DNA of 64,000 nucleotides from Minisyncoccota bacterium (GTDB lineage: Bacteria > Patescibacteriota > Minisyncoccia > SW-4-49-11), in NCBI GenBank assembly GCA_032117235.1, contig JAULZW010000007.1:4091-68090 (forward strand), given 5' to 3'. The notes under the pieces were generated by a model, which ran no database searches, was not told the origin of the DNA, and worked only from the letters and a program-made list of their open reading frames with translations. The position numbers were made by a program, and so were the translations under genes. Shown in pieces: positions 59,073 through 64,000 of the stretch. How positions within the stretch are numbered: position 1 is the first letter of the stretch; the number at the start of each line of letters is the position of its first letter.

Positions 59073-61988
59073 TTATTGACAGGACTCGCAAATTTGACCT
59101 TCTATGACAGCAAAGATATTAGATTTCTCTGGCTGTGGAGGTAAATTCTCAAGAGATATTGATGAAGTTGAGATGGTAGTATTAAGATTAGGAACTTTAG
59201 TTGAATCTAATTCTATTGCACTTACCTCTACTGGTTGAGCTTCAGGCATACCCTGTTGCTCGATACTTGTATTTACTGTTGCTGTTGATTGACTAAAGTC
59301 TCGGCGATGAGTTGTCCCAAACTCATTAATATTAACTGTTGATTTTTCTACTTGGGATATAGCAAGAGTTCTTAGATAATAGGTTGTCTTTACTCCCATT
59401 TCCCATGCATACATATATACATCAGCAATCTCTTTACCAGACACTCCACGATAAAAAATATTAAGAGACTGACTTTGATCCATCCATTTACCTCTATAGG
59501 CCGCGGCTTTAATCAACCATTTTGGATCAATTTCAAATACCTCTTTATATTTAGCTCTCAGATTAGCTGGAATTTCGTTAATTTGAGCAATAGATCCATC
59601 AAAATATTTGATTTTATCAGCAATAATTGGATTCCATAAACCAATTTTTTTCAAATCTTCAATCAAATAAGAGTTAATAACAGTGAAGTCTCCAGCCTGA
59701 TTAGATTTGACATATAAATTCTTATAGATTGGTTCATTGGCTGGTACAGCATCAGTAATATTAGCTAAATTAGAAGTAGGAGCAATGGCCATAGTGTTAG
59801 AGTTACGCATACCATATTGCTTGATTGACTCTCTGACAACTGACCAATCTAATCGCTCTTTTCTATCTACTGGAATTTGCATTTCACGAGCTTGCTCTAA
59901 TAGTTGAATAGTATCTACTGGCAAAATTCCTCTATCCCATTTTGATCCCTTAAAGCTTTCATAAGCTCCTTTTTCTCGAGCTAATTGACTAGAAGCTAAG
60001 ATAGAATAGTATGAAATCACCTCCATAGATGAATCAGCAAACTGTACTGCCTGCTCTGAGTCAAAATTAATATCTAATTGATACAAAGCATCATGATATC
60101 CCATAATTCCAAGTCCAATCGGACGATGTCTCTTATTGGATACTTCACCTTCTTTAGTTGGATAAAAATTAATATTAACCACATTGTCTAACATTCTAAT
60201 CGCAATTGGCACTACTCTTGAGATTAACTCTTGATCAAAGCTTCCATCTTTGACAAAATACTTTAAGTTAAGAGAACCAAGATTACACACAGCTGTCTCA
60301 TCAGCTGAATTATTAAGCGTAATTTCAGTACAGAGATTAGAATTATGAATAACTCCTACATGATCTTGTGGTGAGCGAATATTAGAGGGATCTTTGAAGG
60401 TAATCCAAGGATGACCTGTCTCATATAACATAGTGATCATTTTTCGCCAAAGATCTTTAGCCTTCATCCGTCTAAACAACCTAATTTTACCTTCATCAGC
60501 TAGTCTCTCATAGTTCTTATAGGCAATATTAAATTCTTGTCCATAAATATGATGTAAATCTGGAGTCTCGTCTGGAGAAAATAATGTCCACTCTCCATCT
60601 TGACGAACTCGCTCCATAAATAAATCTGGAATCCAATTAGCAGTATTCATATCATGAGTACGGCGTCTTTCATCCCCAGTATTTTTTCTTAGCTCCAAAA
60701 AATCTTCTATATCTAGATGCCAAGTCTCGAGATAAACCACCGCAGCCCCTCGTCTTTTTCCACTACGATTAATAGCAGCTGTAGTATCATTAGCTACTTT
60801 AAGAAATGGAATGATACCCTGACTTTCTACTCCAGTACCTTTAATTAAGGCACCAATTCCTCTCAAGTTAGTAAAGTCAGTTCCTATTCCTCCAGACCAT
60901 TTTGACATCTGAGCATTATCTCCTATCACCTTAAAAATATGCCCTAAATCATCTTCTATAGTATTAAGATAACAAGAAGATAATTGAGGATGATTAGTAC
61001 CTGCATGAAATAAAGTTGGAGTAGATGGTACAAAATACATCTTAGACATAATTTCATAAAAATCTACTACTTTTTGCTCTCTAACTTCAGGTTTTTCAAC
61101 TAAAGCCAATCCCATAGCTACTCTCATCCAAAATCCCTGCGGAGTATCAAACATTCTCTTACTTACCGGATCTTTGATAAAATATCTATCATATAATGTC
61201 TGAATACCTAAGAATTTGAATAAATTATCTCTCTCAGGTTTGATTTTACTAGCTAACCATTCTAGATTATAGTCAAGCATATCCTTACTTAATATCCCCA
61301 CATTTACTGCAGCCTGAATATTATTAACAAAAGCTTCCTGATAAAGACTATCCAAATTTGAATAATCTAAATCTTCTCCAATAACTCCCTCATAAATAGT
61401 ATTTAGTAATAATCTTGCTGCCAATACTGAATAGGCAGGATCACGATCAATATAAGACCGTACTGTCATAACAATAATTTGTGAAATTTCCTTGGTTGTC
61501 ATCCCATCATAAATACTATTTTCAATTCCAGAAATAATTAAATTAACATCAATATCTTTTTCTAATCCTGCAAGATAATAAGATATTGTCTTATTAATAT
61601 TATATCTATTAAATGAAACCACCTCTCCAGAAGCTTTGCGTACTTTCAAAGTTGGATGAGCACCTTCTAATTTAGCCTGTTCTTCTCTACGGGCATCATC
61701 ATGAGCTTTGCGGTATAAAATATATCCTTTAGCTACATCATAAAAACCTCTTTCCATTAATTTGTTTTCTACAATATCCTGTACAATTTCAACACTAGGA
61801 TAATTATCAACAAATTGAGCATCAAGAGCTACTACTACTGATTCGGTAACTCCATCAACTTGTTTTGCCTCCTCGGCAGTAAAATTTTGTTTTACATCAA
61901 GAAATGCCTTACTAATTGCTTTCCAGATTTTTGCTTGATTAAATGCTACAGTTGAGCCATCTCTTTTGGTAATTTGTGTAACTGCCAT
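59073..61988 (-). CDS. nrdA: Class Ia ribonucleotide reductase alpha subunit with two N-terminal ATP-cone domains.
   Basis: 971 aa. Two ATP cones (ITKRDGSTVAF, VRKASGEVVSF), catalytic core, C-terminal Cys pair. Confidence 0.9.
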   Translation of the reverse strand: MAVTQITKRDGSTVAFNQAKIWKAISKAFLDVKQNFTAEEAKQVDGVTESVVVALDAQFVDNYPSVEIVQDIVENKLMERGFYDVAKGYILYRKAHDDARREEQAKLEGAHPTLKVRKASGEVVSFNRYNINKTISYYLAGLEKDIDVNLIISGIENSIYDGMTTKEISQIIVMTVRSYIDRDPAYSVLAARLLLNTIYEGVIGEDLDYSNLDSLYQEAFVNNIQAAVNVGILSKDMLDYNLEWLASKIKPERDNLFKFLGIQTLYDRYFIKDPVSKRMFDTPQGFWMRVAMGLALVEKPEVREQKVVDFYEIMSKMYFVPSTPTLFHAGTNHPQLSSCYLNTIEDDLGHIFKVIGDNAQMSKWSGGIGTDFTNLRGIGALIKGTGVESQGIIPFLKVANDTTAAINRSGKRRGAAVVYLETWHLDIEDFLELRKNTGDERRRTHDMNTANWIPDLFMERVRQDGEWTLFSPDETPDLHHIYGQEFNIAYKNYERLADEGKIRLFRRMKAKDLWRKMITMLYETGHPWITFKDPSNIRSPQDHVGVIHNSNLCTEITLNNSADETAVCNLGSLNLKYFVKDGSFDQELISRVVPIAIRMLDNVVNINFYPTKEGEVSNKRHRPIGLGIMGYHDALYQLDINFDSEQAVQFADSSMEVISYYSILASSQLAREKGAYESFKGSKWDRGILPVDTIQLLEQAREMQIPVDRKERLDWSVVRESIKQYGMRNSNTMAIAPTSNLANITDAVPANEPIYKNLYVKSNQAGDFTVINSYLIEDLKKIGLWNPIIADKIKYFDGSIAQINEIPANLRAKYKEVFEIDPKWLIKAAAYRGKWMDQSQSLNIFYRGVSGKEIADVYMYAWEMGVKTTYYLRTLAISQVEKSTVNINEFGTTHRRDFSQSTATVNTSIEQQGMPEAQPVEVSAIELDSTKVPNLNTTISTSSISLENLPPQPEKSNIFAVIEGQICESCQ

Positions 61989-62064
61989 ATCTGTATATAT
62001 TATATTTATCTATTATTATGAGCGGTAAAATTATTATAGCAGATTTATTCTGTATATACAACTT

Positions 62065-62084
62065 TTATACTATATATAGTATAA
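62065..62084. promoter_or_regulatory. Perfect 20-bp palindrome TTATACTATATATAGTATAA upstream of nrdA. Its core CTATATATAG matches the NrdR-box core CwAtATaTwG. A second palindrome TGTATATACA lies at 62051-62060.
   Basis: Palindrome verified by hand, about 77-96 nt upstream of the nrdA ATG. Comparison is to my recollection of the NrdR-box consensus acaCwAtATaTwGtgt. The flanks differ (ata/tat instead of aca/tgt), and no nrdR gene is in the window. Confidence 0.35.
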
Positions 62085-62230
62085 AAAAGCTAATTTTTAC
62101 TACTATAAGCAAATTTTACTTATATTTTAAACAATAGTTATCCACAACAATCAAAGTATAGCCTTAACAATTATTGTTAAATCCATACTTTGATTTCATC
62201 TTGATATTTATATAGTTATAAATAATATAC

Positions 62231-62259
62231 AAAAAAGAGCCCTTATTGGACTCTTTTTT
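62231..62259 (-). terminator. Hairpin terminator after rplA (AAAAAAGAGCCC-N5-GGACTCTTTTTT, one mismatch, U-tract).
   Basis: Read directly. Confidence 0.4.
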
Positions 62260-62282
62260 GTAATTAAATTTACAAGTTTTAA

Positions 62283-62963
62283 CTATAATTTAATTTTAAT
62301 AGATGGACTTTGAGTAAGAGAAAGGTAAATATTTTTCACAAATTCACCTTTTACCTTTTCTGGCTGATGTTTTTGTACTTCTGCTACAAAATCTCTAATA
62401 TTTTTCTCTAATTCATCTGTACTAAAGGTAACATTACCAATAGCTTGATGAATAACACCAGTTTTATCCATTCTAAATTCTGACTTTCCAGCTTTAAATT
62501 CCTGCACCACTCTTTCCACATCATCCGTAACCGTACCATTTTTAGGAGATGGCATCAATCCTTTTGGACCTAAAATTTTAGCCACAGGAGCTACGAATCT
62601 CATAAAGTCAGTAGTGGCAATAATTACATCATAATCTATACCTCCAGCTTGCTTTATCTCATCAATAATCTCCTTCCCCCCAACTCTATCTGCTCCAGCT
62701 GTCTGAGCTTGTTTTAATTTAGATTCATCTTCTGTAAGCACTAAAACAGTTTTGCCTTTAGACACTGGTTTACTAAAAATAATACCTCCTCTAACTGACT
62801 GAGGACCTTTGGTCCCTTTAAGATTAGCCTTAATATGAACGTCTACACTTTCGGTGAATTTAGCTCTTGATAGACTTAAAACTAATTCAACTGCTTCTGT
62901 AAGTGGGTATACTTTTGTGCGGTCTATTTTTTCTAAAATATTGCGATATGATTTAGATCTCAT
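62283..62963 (-). CDS. rplA: 50S ribosomal protein L1.
   Basis: 226 aa, typical L1 sequence throughout. Confidence 0.9.
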   Translation of the reverse strand: MRSKSYRNILEKIDRTKVYPLTEAVELVLSLSRAKFTESVDVHIKANLKGTKGPQSVRGGIIFSKPVSKGKTVLVLTEDESKLKQAQTAGADRVGGKEIIDEIKQAGGIDYDVIIATTDFMRFVAPVAKILGPKGLMPSPKNGTVTDDVERVVQEFKAGKSEFRMDKTGVIHQAIGNVTFSTDELEKNIRDFVAEVQKHQPEKVKGEFVKNIYLSLTQSPSIKIKL

Positions 62964-63013
62964 AGTTATTGTAATTATGTAGTACTAGCGAATATTATAA
63001 ATATAATACTCTC

Positions 63014-63439
63014 CTACTCTGTTATTTCGATTCCCATTGAACGAGCAGTTCCTTCTACTATTTTTGTGGCAGCTTCTAGATTAAAAGCATTCAAGTCTGG
63101 GAGCTTTTTCTCAGCAATCCCTGCTACTTGAGCTTTAGTCAATTTACCAACTTTAGTTTTATTAGGAGTAGCTGAACCTTTATTTAATTTCAACTCTTTT
63201 TTAATTAAAGCTGAAACTGGAGAGATTTTTAAGATAAACTCAAAGGTTCTATCTTCATAAATTGTAACTTCTACAGGTAGAACTTCTCCAATTTGGTCTC
63301 TAGTAGCATCATTGAACTTAATACAAAATTCTTGTAACTTAATTCCATGGGGGCCTAAAGCTGTTCCTACTGGTGGAGCTGGATTAGCTTGACCTCCTTT
63401 TACTTGTAGTTTAACTACTGATTTAACTGACTTACTCAT
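63014..63439 (-). CDS. rplK: 50S ribosomal protein L11.
   Basis: 141 aa. KLQVKGGQANPAPPVGTALGPHGI is the conserved L11 N-terminal domain. Confidence 0.9.
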   Translation of the reverse strand: MSKSVKSVVKLQVKGGQANPAPPVGTALGPHGIKLQEFCIKFNDATRDQIGEVLPVEVTIYEDRTFEFILKISPVSALIKKELKLNKGSATPNKTKVGKLTKAQVAGIAEKKLPDLNAFNLEAATKIVEGTARSMGIEITE

Positions 63440-63594
63440 ACACTCTATTCCCTATTAGTACATAATATAAAATTAATTATATCATAAATATATTGTTTTG
63501 TGAAGAGTATATATGAGATTGTGGGAATTAGAGATATATTTAAAGGTGTTAAGTTAGTAATATATTTAATAAGAGATAAATCTATTATATAATA

Positions 63595-64000
63595 TTATCC
63601 CTTATTTTTCTGACAAGCTTTAATAAAACCCTTGAATAATGGATGTGAATCAAGTGGATGTGAAATTAATTCTGGATGAAATTGAGTTGCTATAAAGAAA
63701 GGATGGCTTGATAATTCTATTATCTCTATTAAATCATTATCTGTATTAATCCCTGCAATTGTCAAACCAGATTTTTCTAATAGTTCTCTATATGCATTAT
63801 TGACTTCATAGCGATGCCTATGTCTTTCTACAATTTGAGCTGAATTATATAGTTTACGAGTTAAGGTTTTTGGAGCTATATCACAACTATATTCTCCTAA
63901 TCTCATTGTACCTCCCATAACTCCTTCCTGTATATTAATATCTTGACCCTCCATAGTGGTGATAACTGGATTTTCTGTCTTGGCATCAATTTCAGTAGTA
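63595..64000 (-). CDS. pyrG: CTP synthase, C-terminal (glutamine amidotransferase) part. 5'-partial at the window end.
   Basis: GGTMRLG, ERHRHRYEVN, HPFF...QFHPE motifs of the PyrG GATase domain. The frame stays open to position 64000. Confidence 0.8.
   Translation of the reverse strand, partial: TTEIDAKTENPVITTMEGQDINIQEGVMGGTMRLGEYSCDIAPKTLTRKLYNSAQIVERHRHRYEVNNAYRELLEKSGLTIAGINTDNDLIEIIELSSHPFFIATQFHPELISHPLDSHPLFKGFIKACQKNKG

Noticed and set aside
1-64000. CRISPR arrays, cas genes, transposases, integrases, phage structural genes.
   Set aside because: No regularly spaced direct repeats, and no recombinase or transposase motifs in any ORF. The only tandem repeats are the 27-nt and 15-nt coding repeats in the island gene.

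Overview
This 64 kb window is AT-rich (roughly 30% GC by eye) and densely coded, mostly on the minus strand, with standard-code ORFs and short intergenic spacers. I recognise three functional blocks.

(1) 1-10.5 kb: a complete type IV pilus / competence-pilus locus. In minus-strand order of transcription it reads pilM, pilN-like, pilO-like, pilB, a CheY-like receiver, pilT, pilC, the major pilin with a strong SD, pilD, two minor pilins and a very large pilin-like protein that is partial at the window edge. comFC is transcribed divergently from it.

(2) 15-24 kb: a surface-polysaccharide cluster (DUF4012 protein, GT4, a second GT, an O-antigen-ligase/Wzy-like membrane protein, a Wzz-like protein). 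It is interrupted at about 17.7-20.0 kb by a compositionally foreign, GC-rich island with C-ending codons. The island carries three small signal-peptide proteins, each with its own near-consensus sigma70-like promoter and rho-independent terminator.

(3) Housekeeping genes: rpmE-prfA-prmC, trmD with a KH protein, recG, gltX, tgt, recO-like, tandem RNase J paralogs, rpsP, rplL/rplJ, rplA/rplK, murB, nrdAB, an AddA-like helicase-nuclease, a partial pyrG, two tRNAs (Arg, Gln), Fe/Mn SOD, Hsp20 and a VKOR-like protein. These are interleaved with cell-wall remodelling genes (a coiled-coil lytic transglycosylase, an M23 peptidase, an FtsB-like protein) and a second DUF4012+GT4 pair.

I saw no CRISPR array, transposase or integrase. 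The organism looks like a small-genome, low-GC bacterium, possibly Patescibacteria/CPR-like; that is an inference from gene content, not a database result. The strongest candidate for something new is the GC-rich secreted-protein island and its modular regulatory architecture. The duplicated DUF4012-GT4 modules and the pilus/competence locus are secondary points of interest.
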